Under the pieces are notes generated by a model. That model was not told the DNA's origin. It did no database searches and was given only the letters and a program-made list of their open reading frames with translations. From contig JBEKTQ010000011.1 in the NCBI GenBank assembly GCA_049515895.1, forward strand, positions 1 through 64,000: DNA of 64,000 nt, given 5' to 3'. The stretch's first letter is position 1; each line of letters opens with the position of its first letter. The DNA comes from Candidatus Bathyarchaeia archaeon (GTDB lineage: Archaea > Thermoproteota > Bathyarchaeia > Bathyarchaeales > Bathycorpusculaceae). Position numbers and translations under genes: made by a program. Of this stretch, positions 1 to 9,767 are shown piece by piece.

Positions 1-1130
1 AGCAGTGCAAAAACACGATCAGCTGCAAGTTGTGCTCGGAGTCTTAAGAGGTCGCTTCGTGTTTCTCGCACAGTTTTGTTGGTTATTGGCACAATATCGT
101 TTTCCATGTATTGACTTAGAAGACCCATCAGATCGTCAATCATTTGCAATTTTACTGTTTCGTCTTTTTTCTTGGGTTGCATTCTCTTGTTTAGTTCATT
201 GAGTTCACAATAATCGTTCTTCAGTAGTTTTTCCTTGTCTAGCCGAGTTCCATAGTGCTCCAAAGAATCACAAATCTGACAGACGCCGTCGTCAATCTTC
301 TTCAGCTCAGAATTTGCAGAATTGAGTTTTGATCTTTCTTTGAAAAGGCCACGAAATATGTTCACGTCGTTCTTGTCCTTTATTTGATCGTACTTTTTCT
401 TTCTTTCGTTATACTCGGAGACTATTTGTTTCTCGTCGCTTAGAAGCTTGATTTTTTCTCTAGTTTTATTCTTCAACTCCAATTGCAATAATTTTTTTGA
501 AAGCTCTTTATGTTCGGCTTTTTGGCTTTCAATTTTCTCCTCACAGTCTTTAATTTCTTTAAGTTCGGCTCTTTCTTTTTTCTTGAAATTACGAAATTCC
601 TCAATATCTCGTAGGCGTTCGGTAATAGAGCTTTGAAGTGTACCCACTCCTTTCTCTAGTTCGTTGAAGTATTTAGAAAGTTTTCCAATGCTTGCGTTTA
701 CGACTTTCTTAGGATCATCTTCTGTAAGAAAAACAACGTCAAATTTTCTATTTATTGTATCTAAATCTACTGGTTTCGAATTTAACCAACATCTTGCATT
801 TTGCCCTTTTGTTCTCTCAATCTTTAACTCTATATGTTCTGGCTTTTCAGAACTAATTCTGAAGCGATATTCAAGAGTAGAGTTTTGGTTTAGGTTCTGA
901 AGTTTTTGTTTCAGTGCGGGTTTTGTTTCCAAATCCTTTTCGTGGTCAAGGTAACCTACTGCCAATGCTAAACAGTTAAGTAGGGTAGTTTTTCCTGAGC
1001 CATTTCGCCCCTCAATTTCGATAAGATTTCCATCTATTTTGTTTTCAACATTTGCTGGAGGAAAGGAAAAAGGCTTGTCTCCTTCTCTATGATAGCCGCG
1101 TTCTGAGTAGTTCATATTAAACTCAAACAA
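1..1130 (-). CDS. SMC/Rad50/SbcC-like coiled-coil ABC ATPase, N-terminal 376 aa (3' end beyond window; absent from ORF track)
   Basis: Hand translation from TTG at 1130 is open to the window edge. N-terminal Walker A IEIEGRNGSGKTTLLNCLALA, then a long K/E-rich coiled coil and a CQIC (CxxC) motif at about aa 284-287. Confidence 0.85.
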   Translation of the reverse strand, partial: MFEFNMNYSERGYHREGDKPFSFPPANVENKIDGNLIEIEGRNGSGKTTLLNCLALAVGYLDHEKDLETKPALKQKLQNLNQNSTLEYRFRISSEKPEHIELKIERTKGQNARCWLNSKPVDLDTINRKFDVVFLTEDDPKKVVNASIGKLSKYFNELEKGVGTLQSSITERLRDIEEFRNFKKKERAELKEIKDCEEKIESQKAEHKELSKKLLQLELKNKTREKIKLLSDEKQIVSEYNERKKKYDQIKDKNDVNIFRGLFKERSKLNSANSELKKIDDGVCQICDSLEHYGTRLDKEKLLKNDYCELNELNKRMQPKKKDETVKLQMIDDLMGLLSQYMENDIVPITNKTVRETRSDLLRLRAQLAADRVFAL

Positions 1131-1265
1131 TCATTCATTCTCCAGCAACAATTCCATCTTTTGGTCGGTCGTGAGTTCGTCATCCCATACTGCTTCAAGC
1201 AATTTCAGCTCTTTTTCTGAAACCAATTTTTTCAGGAGTTCCTCGGCATATAGTTTTGATTTCAG
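1131..1265 (-). CDS. Unannotated 44-aa acidic helical protein (MKSKLYAEELLKKLVSEKELKLLEAVWDDELTTDQKMELLLENE)
   Basis: Exactly fills the herA-SMC gap. The putative CTG start overlaps the herA TGA (CTGA) after a GGGGTG SD-like motif, and its TGA abuts the SMC TTG. The start codon is non-canonical. Confidence 0.6.
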   Translation of the reverse strand: MKSKLYAEELLKKLVSEKELKLLEAVWDDELTTDQKMELLLENE

Positions 1266-2836
1266 GTTTTCACCCCCATTAGAGAAATAGGAAACTTCAC
1301 AAATCGGGCCTGCGGCAGAGCAACGCTGGATATCGCGGCAAAACCATTCTCCAACGAAGACAATTCAATTGAAAAATCTTTTAGGCCAAACTTGCTTCCA
1401 ACATTTCCAAGCGACCTAAAAAAGATCCGCGTATTAACAATAGATTTCAGTCCGTTTGGCAGGTCCTCTGGATTTTGCGAAGCAAATATGACTCCTATTC
1501 TTTCTGATCTACCCATTCTAGCAATCGCGCTTAACTCTTCTAGCGCTTGCACCGAGGCACTCGAGCCATAAAATTGATGAACCTCATCAATCACTATTAA
1601 AACGGGCAAGTCTGAATATTGCCCTAAAACAGCTTTGGACTCATAAATCCTTGACAAAAGATGTCGGAGCAAAACTGCTCCAAATATAGTTGTGTCCTTG
1701 TTTGAAAGATCTATGACGGAGAGTTTGCTTGGAACCATGATGTTGTCTTCTTTGATTGCCAAGCAATCGGCCTCTTGATTGTCGAAATAATCTCTTGCAC
1801 TGTCTAGAGATCTTAGTATAGCTCCACAAGTACCCGAATGTATCGGAATCTCACTTTCTTCCCCAGCTTGGGAAATTGTAGGGAAGACGTACTGGTTTTC
1901 TTTTGTCGCCCTGTTTGTAAACCAGGCTACAAAATTGCGGAAAGTAATCTCTTCGTTGGTTTTTTCCTTCCAATATCTAAATATGGATGGTAAAGCTTCT
2001 GCCGCACGATCAGTCACGTTTTGAAGAACACCGAGAAGAGAATTTGGCTCTAGATCGCGTGTCCTAAGTGTAATTGATCTCACTTTGTCTCGATTAACGC
2101 CTTCCTTGTGTTTCTGCTTTGAAGCAGGAATGTAAATGTTGAATTCGCTGTCAGTCTCTTTTGTAAGATTGAGAGATGCCCACTCTTCTTGACTTTGTTT
2201 CTTCAGATTTTCTTTTTTAATAACTGTCGGCTGATCCATTGTTAACAAGTCAATGCCTTTCACGTTCACAGCCAAGACTGCTCCTTTTTCATGTTCAATA
2301 AACCTTTCAATCATGTACTTCATTGCTACTGTTTTTCCCGATCCAGTCTGACCGCAAATCATTGTTTGTAGATACAACGAATCAAAAGGAATTCTGACGT
2401 AAATAAGTCGTCCCTTGTCATCCTTAAGTACTGCATTCTGGGTTAGGAAACTTGTGGCAAGGAAAACCCCATAGCCCTCCTTTGAAGTAAATATTTCATC
2501 GATTTCCTCCTGTGTTGTGCGTCTGGCCTTTTCATTTGGCTTAATATGGCTAAACATGCCGTCTGATCGCAATGGGAATTGACGCAGTTCTTTTGCCAGG
2601 AGTATGTTCTTGCATTCCTGATCTTGTTTCAATAAGGGAAGTTCCGTATCAACAATAAGAGGCGATGGCTCAAAAAGCGACTTGGAGTACGATTTTTCCA
2701 CAGATAATATATGTTTCACGTTGGTTTCATCAACAATAGTCAAATACGAACCAACTGGCAAAATCGCATCTATCCCTTTTGACGACACTAGTTTAACGAA
2801 TTCATTTTCTGTTCCAGATACAATCCACATTTTCAT
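1262..2836 (-). CDS. herA: HerA/FtsK-superfamily ATPase (HerA-like DNA translocase)
   Basis: Walker A GQTGSGKT, Walker B IVIDEVH, HerA-type ARMGRSERIGVIFASQ motif and an N-terminal barrel-like region. ATGA overlap with the upstream nuclease gene. Confidence 0.88.
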   Translation of the reverse strand: MKMWIVSGTENEFVKLVSSKGIDAILPVGSYLTIVDETNVKHILSVEKSYSKSLFEPSPLIVDTELPLLKQDQECKNILLAKELRQFPLRSDGMFSHIKPNEKARRTTQEEIDEIFTSKEGYGVFLATSFLTQNAVLKDDKGRLIYVRIPFDSLYLQTMICGQTGSGKTVAMKYMIERFIEHEKGAVLAVNVKGIDLLTMDQPTVIKKENLKKQSQEEWASLNLTKETDSEFNIYIPASKQKHKEGVNRDKVRSITLRTRDLEPNSLLGVLQNVTDRAAEALPSIFRYWKEKTNEEITFRNFVAWFTNRATKENQYVFPTISQAGEESEIPIHSGTCGAILRSLDSARDYFDNQEADCLAIKEDNIMVPSKLSVIDLSNKDTTIFGAVLLRHLLSRIYESKAVLGQYSDLPVLIVIDEVHQFYGSSASVQALEELSAIARMGRSERIGVIFASQNPEDLPNGLKSIVNTRIFFRSLGNVGSKFGLKDFSIELSSLENGFAAISSVALPQARFVKFPISLMGVKT

Positions 2837-3834
2837 CCAAACCTGATTTGATTTATTGTTGGCCTAAATCCAAGTCTATTTAATAAAACAGGTATGTTGA
2901 GAATTCTTATACCCTCGCGGGCGTATTTCTCGGCAATTGCTATGGGACGAACTTGGGGATTTGAGCGGTCTCCTTGTACTAAATAAAAATATGCTAAGAG
3001 GCTCATCAAGGAAGGCATTACGGAATAGTACTTTTCGTAAGTTTCAGGATGCATTTCGAGTCTCTCAGGGAAACCATAAAGTGCTTTCATATAGGTGAAT
3101 ACTTTTGAATGTCTACTTACGAGTTCTTCAGTGTATCTAAAAAAGGGAGATCTACTTCCTGAGTTTAGTCTGCAAGCGGCCCAATGAAAATCGCTGTTAT
3201 ATTCTTCTGAGAGTCTCTTGTTAGCGGCAATAACTAGTTTGCTGTCAGAATTCTTTACAAAGTAAAGTGGTATGCAGCCTTTTTCTCGAAGTTCTTGGTC
3301 CATTTTTTCGATGTAGCCTGATACGTTCCCGCCAAGCAAAGGTCCGTCTATTAGGATGATTGAATGGGGTTCAACGCTAGCAAGTATTGACCCAGTTTTA
3401 GCATTTGTTAGTATAAGGTTGCGCTCTTCAGCGGTGTTTTCGGCGTAGTGTATGTCCTCACTCGCTGAGTTTTTGAATTTTTTCATTCCCGTCAAAAAGT
3501 AGGGCGAAACAGACAAGTTGAAACAATATTCGTTTTCGATTTTGATTGTTGAGGAGCTGCAAAACAAGAGATCCCCCTCCAATGCTCTGTAATCTTGAAC
3601 GCTTTCGTCGTACGCGAAAATGTTCCACTCCTTCATCAGCTCGTTGCATTCAGGCTTAATCTCGTGAGTTTCTTCAAAACTCTCTAAGCAACTTACTGTT
3701 GAACTAAAATTCGATGAGAGATCGGGAATTTGCGAAGAGAGTTCTGATGGAATAAATGATACAAATTTTGTAGCTTTTTTGCTGATATTTTCCAGCCTTA
3801 TTTTGATTCTACTCAAGTCGAGGCTACTTTTCAC
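2833..3834 (-). CDS. nurA: NurA-like nuclease (RNase H-like fold)
   Basis: NurA-type motifs FAYDES, IILIDGPL, FVKNS and C-terminal PIAIAEKYAR; lies immediately upstream of herA. Confidence 0.78.
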   Translation of the reverse strand: MKSSLDLSRIKIRLENISKKATKFVSFIPSELSSQIPDLSSNFSSTVSCLESFEETHEIKPECNELMKEWNIFAYDESVQDYRALEGDLLFCSSSTIKIENEYCFNLSVSPYFLTGMKKFKNSASEDIHYAENTAEERNLILTNAKTGSILASVEPHSIILIDGPLLGGNVSGYIEKMDQELREKGCIPLYFVKNSDSKLVIAANKRLSEEYNSDFHWAACRLNSGSRSPFFRYTEELVSRHSKVFTYMKALYGFPERLEMHPETYEKYYSVMPSLMSLLAYFYLVQGDRSNPQVRPIAIAEKYAREGIRILNIPVLLNRLGFRPTINQIRFG

Positions 3835-3915
3835 GTGTTTTGTTTCCTCTACTCGTTATCTCTGTGGATGAGACTTCTATGAATTGCCTCGTCGAGAAGT
3901 GTACATTATTAATAT

Positions 3916-4830
3916 TTAATGCTTGCTCATTGTAAATACATCTTGAAAATTGAAAGTCTGGTTATCATTTGAATCTTGGTATCGATGGGGTATAAAATTT
4001 GATATTAAAAGTTCCTTCCCTCTTGCAGGCTTATTGTTACCCGCATTATTCATGCCATATTGCAATTCCCAAGGATGTAAATGTACGTCTTCTGCGAAAT
4101 CAAATAAACTTCGAATTGCTTCCGAATCATCATAAGTGATTAGCCATTTATGTTTACACTGTTTAACATTATTTGCAAATTCAACGTGATCAAAAGATTT
4201 GTTTAAATCGCCGTTTATTCCATAAAGAGCTTTTCTTTTTGTCTTCAGATAAGGCGGATCCAGAAATACAAAAACCCTTTTTCCTTCTTTTGCAAGCATT
4301 TCTTCATAGCTTTGATTAGTTATCTCAACATCTTGTAGAAGAGCTGATATCGGTCTGAGTTTTTCCATGTTTGATACAGTGAATCTCTTTTTAAAGGACT
4401 CATCGGAATAGCCCCCAGAATCTACTGTTCCTGAATAAGTTATCCGATTAAGCACATAGAATCTTACTGCTCGGTGAAATTCGTCTCTATCTTTTAGTGC
4501 GCAAGCAAGTTCTTCGTAGAGTATTCTGCCATTTCCGTAAGAGTTTCTTATTTTACTTATTTCAATTAACATTTCGTCAACATTTTTCTTCAAGGTGTCC
4601 CAGAAGCAAAACAAGTCGTAGTTAAGGTCGTTGATTTTGAATTTGGCTTCGGGTCTAATTTGTTTTAGATAAATAAATACTGAACCGCCCCCAACAAAGG
4701 GTTCTCGATATTCGGAAAAATCGAGGGTCATGAAAGGGTGAATTTTATTAAGAGCCTTTGATTTTCCTCCAGGATACCGTAATGGGCTTGTAATTTTTTT
4801 TGGATCACGGGCTCTCATAGTATCACTCAC
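3916..4830 (-). CDS. D12-class N6-adenine DNA methyltransferase (Dam-like)
   Basis: SPLRYPGGKS, EPFVGGGSV (motif I), FLDPPY (motif IV), KWLITYD and ELLISNF. Confidence 0.93.
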   Translation of the reverse strand: MSDTMRARDPKKITSPLRYPGGKSKALNKIHPFMTLDFSEYREPFVGGGSVFIYLKQIRPEAKFKINDLNYDLFCFWDTLKKNVDEMLIEISKIRNSYGNGRILYEELACALKDRDEFHRAVRFYVLNRITYSGTVDSGGYSDESFKKRFTVSNMEKLRPISALLQDVEITNQSYEEMLAKEGKRVFVFLDPPYLKTKRKALYGINGDLNKSFDHVEFANNVKQCKHKWLITYDDSEAIRSLFDFAEDVHLHPWELQYGMNNAGNNKPARGKELLISNFIPHRYQDSNDNQTFNFQDVFTMSKH

Positions 4831-4907
4831 AATTTAATAAAAAGAACTTGACTTAAATTCTTTGATTTCCGTCATTGGAAAAAAATATACTTTTCTTTCT
4901 TTAAAGG

Positions 4908-6783
4908 TTAAACATCTTTTTCTATTCTTGATTTGAAGAATCTTTCTGAATCTTTGTCCATGAAATAAATATAGCATCCTTTCATGCCTCGCGATAGCAA
5001 TACTCGATAGGTGTTTTTTACTAGTGCTGTGAAGTTGTCTTTGGATCTTTTTACTACGTTATCTGCGGAGTTTTCAGCGTGACCTTTCCATGTTTGTTCG
5101 TCAAAGCTGTAAACAAGATCGTTTCCAAATATCACTCCGGCGTAGTCGAATTCGAATCCTTGTGCTGTGTATACGCAGCCTATCTGGTTTATTCCGCTCG
5201 GGTCATGTGCCCATAGATTTGATTTTGGGATTCCTTGGGCTAATATTCTTGCTTCGGGTTTGGCATTCCATGGTCTGTGATAATTACCGATGACTACATC
5301 ATCTTTGAGAGCGCCCTCAGAATCGGGGTTTGACCATGGCCAACAGAAGCCAGCTGTAATTCTTCCGGTATAACCTGTGCTGACTTTGGTTCTTACCGCG
5401 ATTTCAAGATCTTCGGGGCTGCCAAATACCTTCAAATCGAACTCTTCATGCTGATCCCAAATAATGTTGGCAGTCCGTTTGATTCCTAACGTATTGTTCA
5501 CCCAGTTTACAAAGGCATCTGAGCCATTGCAACGGAACTGGGCTTCTAACTCGTATTCAAAAACTTTGCAATTGTTTTTTGCGGCGTATTCCTTGATATA
5601 ATTAACTGAGCCGATTTCTCCCGGTCGTACTACCTGGTCATCATCAATGAAGAACGCAGAAACTTTAGAGGCATTTAACAATTCTTCAATTTGTGGAACA
5701 TCTGATCTCTCAGCTTTGGGAGTGAATCTATTGAAGGATGTTTCTCTGAGCCGGTGGGCTTCATCAGCGATTAGAACATCTATGGCGTTGTTTTCTGCAT
5801 CGGTGTAGCTGTTAAAATACTTGAATTGGGCTGCTCCTCGTGATTTTATTATCCTTCTCAGAGTCTCAGTGAAGGCACGTGATCCAGTTGCATATTGGGC
5901 GTTGTACCCTTTCAATAGCAAGTCAGCCATGAGGTTGATGGCGATGACTGACTTACCTGTTCCTGGGCCTCCTTTGATTATGATGACGGTTCTTTGCTTG
6001 TCGTGAAACCCAGTTTTAGCGCAGGAAAAAACTTTGTCGTAAACAACCTGTTGCTCATCCAACAGGATGTATTCCGTCATCCCCCTGATCACGTTGCCCA
6101 CGTGATCCATCAGCTTCTTGCTGGGTCTATACTTGCTCACTTCAATTCGTTTGAGTACATCTACTCCGTTGCCCATCTCAAGCTTCGTAGTCAAATACCT
6201 TGATAACTTCGGGACATCATCGGCGGTGAAAAGAGGGGAACTGGAAAGAGCATCCCAAAATTTCTCTGAGAACAAAATGTCTTCCGAATAGAGGCTATAG
6301 TTGTGCAGGTAGGCGCAGGCGTTGAGGATGACGGGGTTGGGTTCCTCGTAAAAAGCGGTGTGAGTATCTTTCAAATATCGTTTGTATTGTCTTACCTGAA
6401 CGGAGGGATGCAAAAGTTCCCTTCTGCCACCTACCCAGGTGATAACTTCATTTTTTCCAGGTGCATCTTCGCAGTGGTCCCCACTGTTTCAACTCAATGA
6501 TGACAGCGTTATCTTTGGCATTGGAATCTCGCCCACAAATTAAACAATCCAGCCTCTTAGACGTCATAGGTAATTGATATTCGAGCATTATCCCCTGATC
6601 GGTTAGTTTTGCGTGCTCAAAAACCATTGAAACTGCCCGCAATGAGTTTCTCCACGAATTCAACTCGCTATGAGAGGGATAATGTCTAAAGTAACCAAAG
6701 AAGGCAAGTCTAAGTTTCTCGGCTATTTGGTTCTGAACGGTGTCTTCGAGAAATTGCTGTGAAGTTCCCGCGAACAACCTCAA
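4908..6783 (-). pseudogene. DUF2075 / Schlafen group-3-like nuclease-helicase, split by a +1 frameshift
   Basis: The N-part (6448-6783) has a PD-(D/E)xK-like RLDCLI...IIELKQW segment. The C-part (4908-6413) has Walker A GGPGTGKS, DEAH and YTAQGFEFDY. Removing one G from the G4 run at 6479-6482 gives one 624-aa ORF. It may be a sequencing error. Confidence 0.8.
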
Positions 6784-7001
6784 GCTAATGCCTCATAAAC
6801 AGGTAATGACCTTTCATCCTTTAAGCTTATCAACCAAGTTTCCGTTCAAGCAAGCGAAATGCTCTTTTTAAACTAAGCTGGCGCATTACTAATGATGCAA
6901 AATTTTCAAGTTTTACCTAGACATTGAAATCTTGATAAATATCTATATATGGCTGTTGTTCAGAATGTTTTGGGTAGAAATGGTATTGTTGGTGGGTGCA
7001 T

Positions 7002-7397
7002 ATGAGTAAACCTGTTGATGTCGGAGAGTTGCGGGTTGGCGGTTACATGATGATTGAGGGCGAACCGTGTCGCATAGTTGACATCGCCAAGTCTAAGCCT
7101 GGAAAACACGGGTCAGCCAAAGCCAGAATCGTTGCGATAGGCGTGTTTGATAAGCAGAAGCGGCAGTTCGTTAAGCCAGTTGACCTTGGCGCGGAAGTGC
7201 CAATAATCGATAAGAGGGCGGGACAGGTTTTCGCTGTGAGTCCATCCGGGATACAAATTATGGATTTGGAAACCTACGAGTACATAGACGCACCCTATCC
7301 CGAAGAGGAAGAAGTTCCCAAAGCCAAGTTAACACCCGGTACAGAAATCGAATACTGGAAAATACTGGGCAGAGTAAAAATCGTAAGGGCAAAGTAA
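7002..7397 (+). CDS. eif5a: Translation factor aIF-5A
   Basis: Hypusine motif KPGKHGSAKAR; TATA-like box at about 6936-6950. Confidence 0.97.
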   Translation: MSKPVDVGELRVGGYMMIEGEPCRIVDIAKSKPGKHGSAKARIVAIGVFDKQKRQFVKPVDLGAEVPIIDKRAGQVFAVSPSGIQIMDLETYEYIDAPYPEEEEVPKAKLTPGTEIEYWKILGRVKIVRAK

Positions 7398-7457
7398 GCA
7401 AGCGCCCGGCGCTTTATTCTCTTTTAATCATTATTTTAAAATTGATTTTGAAGCTTT

Positions 7458-7658
7458 TTAGCCCCACCAATTCCAATCAAGCATCTTGAAAACTACATAC
7501 AATGCCATAAGAATTATGCCCCAGCTCAAAGCAATGCCCCCGATTGCAAGAACCATGTTATTGTGCACGTTAGTGTAAATTAGCCAAGCACTTAAGGCAG
7601 TTAAACCGACAAGCAATAGAAAGAAGCTTCCGGCGTGAATTACACGTTCTCCGCTCAA
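7458..7658 (-). CDS. Small 2-TM membrane protein
   Basis: Two hydrophobic helices; GGTG SD-like motif upstream. Confidence 0.65.
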   Translation of the reverse strand: MSGERVIHAGSFFLLLVGLTALSAWLIYTNVHNNMVLAIGGIALSWGIILMALYVVFKMLDWNWWG

Positions 7659-7927
7659 CCGCTAACACCTTAATGGTGATATGTGCTCGTTGGTTGCTTA
7701 AAGATTTTTCATTAATGTTTATTTTCCAGTTGGCTCTTTTTTAGGTGAAGCCAATGATGCATGAAGAGCCGTCTGAATCGTGAAGAACAAACAATATGGG
7801 GAAACTGAGGCTTCACAACACGCAAACTAAGTAAAAGTGACTACTCTTAGTTGCTGTGGTTCTGCAGTCACAAGTTTTTAAATTCTCGAATCTTTCATGT
7901 GTAAGGCAGGAATTGGAGATTGATATT

Positions 7928-8245
7928 ATGCCGCAATACGCCTTAATTGGAACTCATCCTCCTAACGTGTGCCCAATGTCCAACAAAGCAGCAAGAGAGA
8001 TGGCTAAGAAAGCCTACGAACAGCTTCCGTCGCTCTGCAAGAAACTTAACGTGAAACTTCTCTTAGACCTTCACCTTGACCCCAACCACAAAGCTTTCAT
8101 GCTGTTTGAAGCCCCTTCTGCGGAAGCTGTGAGGGATCTTGTGACGATGGCTGGGTTCTTGTACTTTTTAGACTTCGATTTCCACCTCGTCACTCCCATA
8201 TCGGAAGTATTGAAACTTGCGGATAAGATGCCAACAATATACTAA
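7928..8245 (+). CDS. Hypothetical protein, GYD/DUF3303-like ferredoxin-fold
   Basis: GGAG SD before ATG 7928; HPPNVCP and FEAPSAEAV motifs; T-rich terminator follows. Confidence 0.65.
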   Translation: MPQYALIGTHPPNVCPMSNKAAREMAKKAYEQLPSLCKKLNVKLLLDLHLDPNHKAFMLFEAPSAEAVRDLVTMAGFLYFLDFDFHLVTPISEVLKLADKMPTIY

Positions 8246-8358
8246 GGACCAAAAAACCAACAACTCCCTCTTTTTCTTTTTGTTCAATTAGTCTGAATTC
8301 GTTTTTCTGGCAATAGCTCGAACAATTTTTTTGGAAGAGCTATATCTTTTGCAAAACC

Positions 8359-8595
8359 TCAACAAAGCGTGTAAATCATCAAATAATCCTTGCCACGGTC
8401 TATTCTTAATTTATGGCTCTTAACATAATCGTCTAACTCATTAAAACATGATTGCTTAGCCAAAGCTGAGTCAGCCAGAACTACGTAGCCCTCTGTTTCA
8501 CTGTCACAAATACCCCACTCTTCAAATCCCTTGTATATTTTTGGACGGCAGGCGGGAAATTTCTTGGAGAACTCTATAGCTTCAGCAAAATCCAT
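8359..8595 (-). CDS. Hypothetical protein
   Basis: 78-aa ATG ORF with plausible composition; no family recognised. Confidence 0.55.
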   Translation of the reverse strand: MDFAEAIEFSKKFPACRPKIYKGFEEWGICDSETEGYVVLADSALAKQSCFNELDDYVKSHKLRIDRGKDYLMIYTLC

Positions 8596-8653
8596 GCGAA
8601 TTAGCCCAATTTACTTGATACATTGGCAAAAGGGCACAAAAAAGAGAAAAAGC

Positions 8654-8827
8654 CTATAGTTTTTCTGGGGCGCAGAGGTTTTCCGCTTTGGCCGCTGTTC
8701 GCATGCAGCCTTTGCAGATGTACTTCGCGTCTTTCACGAGTGGCTTTATCTTCTCTATTGGGGCTTTGTCCTCTACCATTTTGCAGAGGTGTTTTTCATG
8801 TCCTGGATGAGGTTGAGCTTTCGACAA
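8654..8827 (-). CDS. Unannotated 57-aa His/Cys metal-binding small protein (MSKAQPHPGHEKHLCKMVEDKAPIEKIKPLVKDAKYICKGCMRTAAKAENLCAPEKL)
   Basis: AGGTG SD, TTG start, HLC...CxxC...LC pattern and T-rich terminator; below the ORF-track cutoff. Confidence 0.75.
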   Translation of the reverse strand: MSKAQPHPGHEKHLCKMVEDKAPIEKIKPLVKDAKYICKGCMRTAAKAENLCAPEKL

Positions 8828-9007
8828 AACTTACACCTTAACTAATGGCGTCATGATGTTAGATATACTATTGTGATTGTACCCACGCAATAACAGAGTT
8901 TAAATCGTTATTTTTCGCGCTTTGGCTTATCGCAATATTATGCGTCAAAGACTGTTGGAAAAATGTTCTGGTGAAAGCGGTGTCATGGGTTACTTTTCTC
9001 TTGCTGC

Positions 9008-9376
9008 TCAGATGTCAATGAATAAGTCGTTGTCGTCCACTTTCAGTTCGTAAGTTCGTAAGCTACTGCGTGTTCCGGAGATTGCTCTTCCTGTTGTTAC
9101 ATCGAAGCTTGAAAAATGGCGAGGGCAGGTAACAATTGAGTTATTCAGAGTACCATTGGACAACACAGCACTCATATGGGGGCATCTATCGCCGACGGCA
9201 TAGAACTTGCCTTCAACGTTAGCAATAAGTATCTCTGTTCCATCAACTTCCACATGCATCATCTTGCCTACCGTAATATCGGTTGTTTTGGCAACTTTCA
9301 CAAAAGTCGCAGTGCGTTCCCATGCTTCAATTACCGCAGAAAAATCTACTTGTTTCGGAATATTTTCTGTTGCCAT
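9008..9376 (-). CDS. Rieske [2Fe-2S] ferredoxin
   Basis: CPH...CPRH Rieske ligands. Confidence 0.92.
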   Translation of the reverse strand: MATENIPKQVDFSAVIEAWERTATFVKVAKTTDITVGKMMHVEVDGTEILIANVEGKFYAVGDRCPHMSAVLSNGTLNNSIVTCPRHFSSFDVTTGRAISGTRSSLRTYELKVDDNDLFIDI

Positions 9377-9767
9377 AGCCGAGCACTACCTAAACAGCAT
9401 GTTTAAGCTAGATAAATTAAATTTATGAATTATATGTTCATAATAATCTTGGCGTTGGATGTACTTAGTAAGTTGTCAACCGATAAGTAATAGCCACTTG
9501 GAAAAGTCTTATCAACCTTGAGGTGACAGAACCCCAACGTGTAAAGTCGTCTATTGTTAATACAATTTTTGCGAACAGCAAAAATATCACCCGAAAAATT
9601 AACAGTGAAGATCTATCGCCAGAAAGTTAAAAGAACTTATTAGTGCAATCTCGGAAGCAAACCAGCCAACCTGACATAAAAGTTGTCTTTTCAATTCTGT
9701 TTCTAAACGGGGTAGTTGTGTTCAGTATTCTAAATTCATAACTAACTTATTATCAAATCATTAGTAT

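Noticed and set aside
5-900. Short + strand ORFs at the window start
   Set aside because: They are antisense shadows (Phe/Ser/Leu-rich) of the K/E-rich SMC-like gene on the minus strand.
8623-8841. 72-aa + strand ORF
   Set aside because: It is the antisense of the better-supported 57-aa minus-strand gene (8654-8827), which has an SD and terminator.
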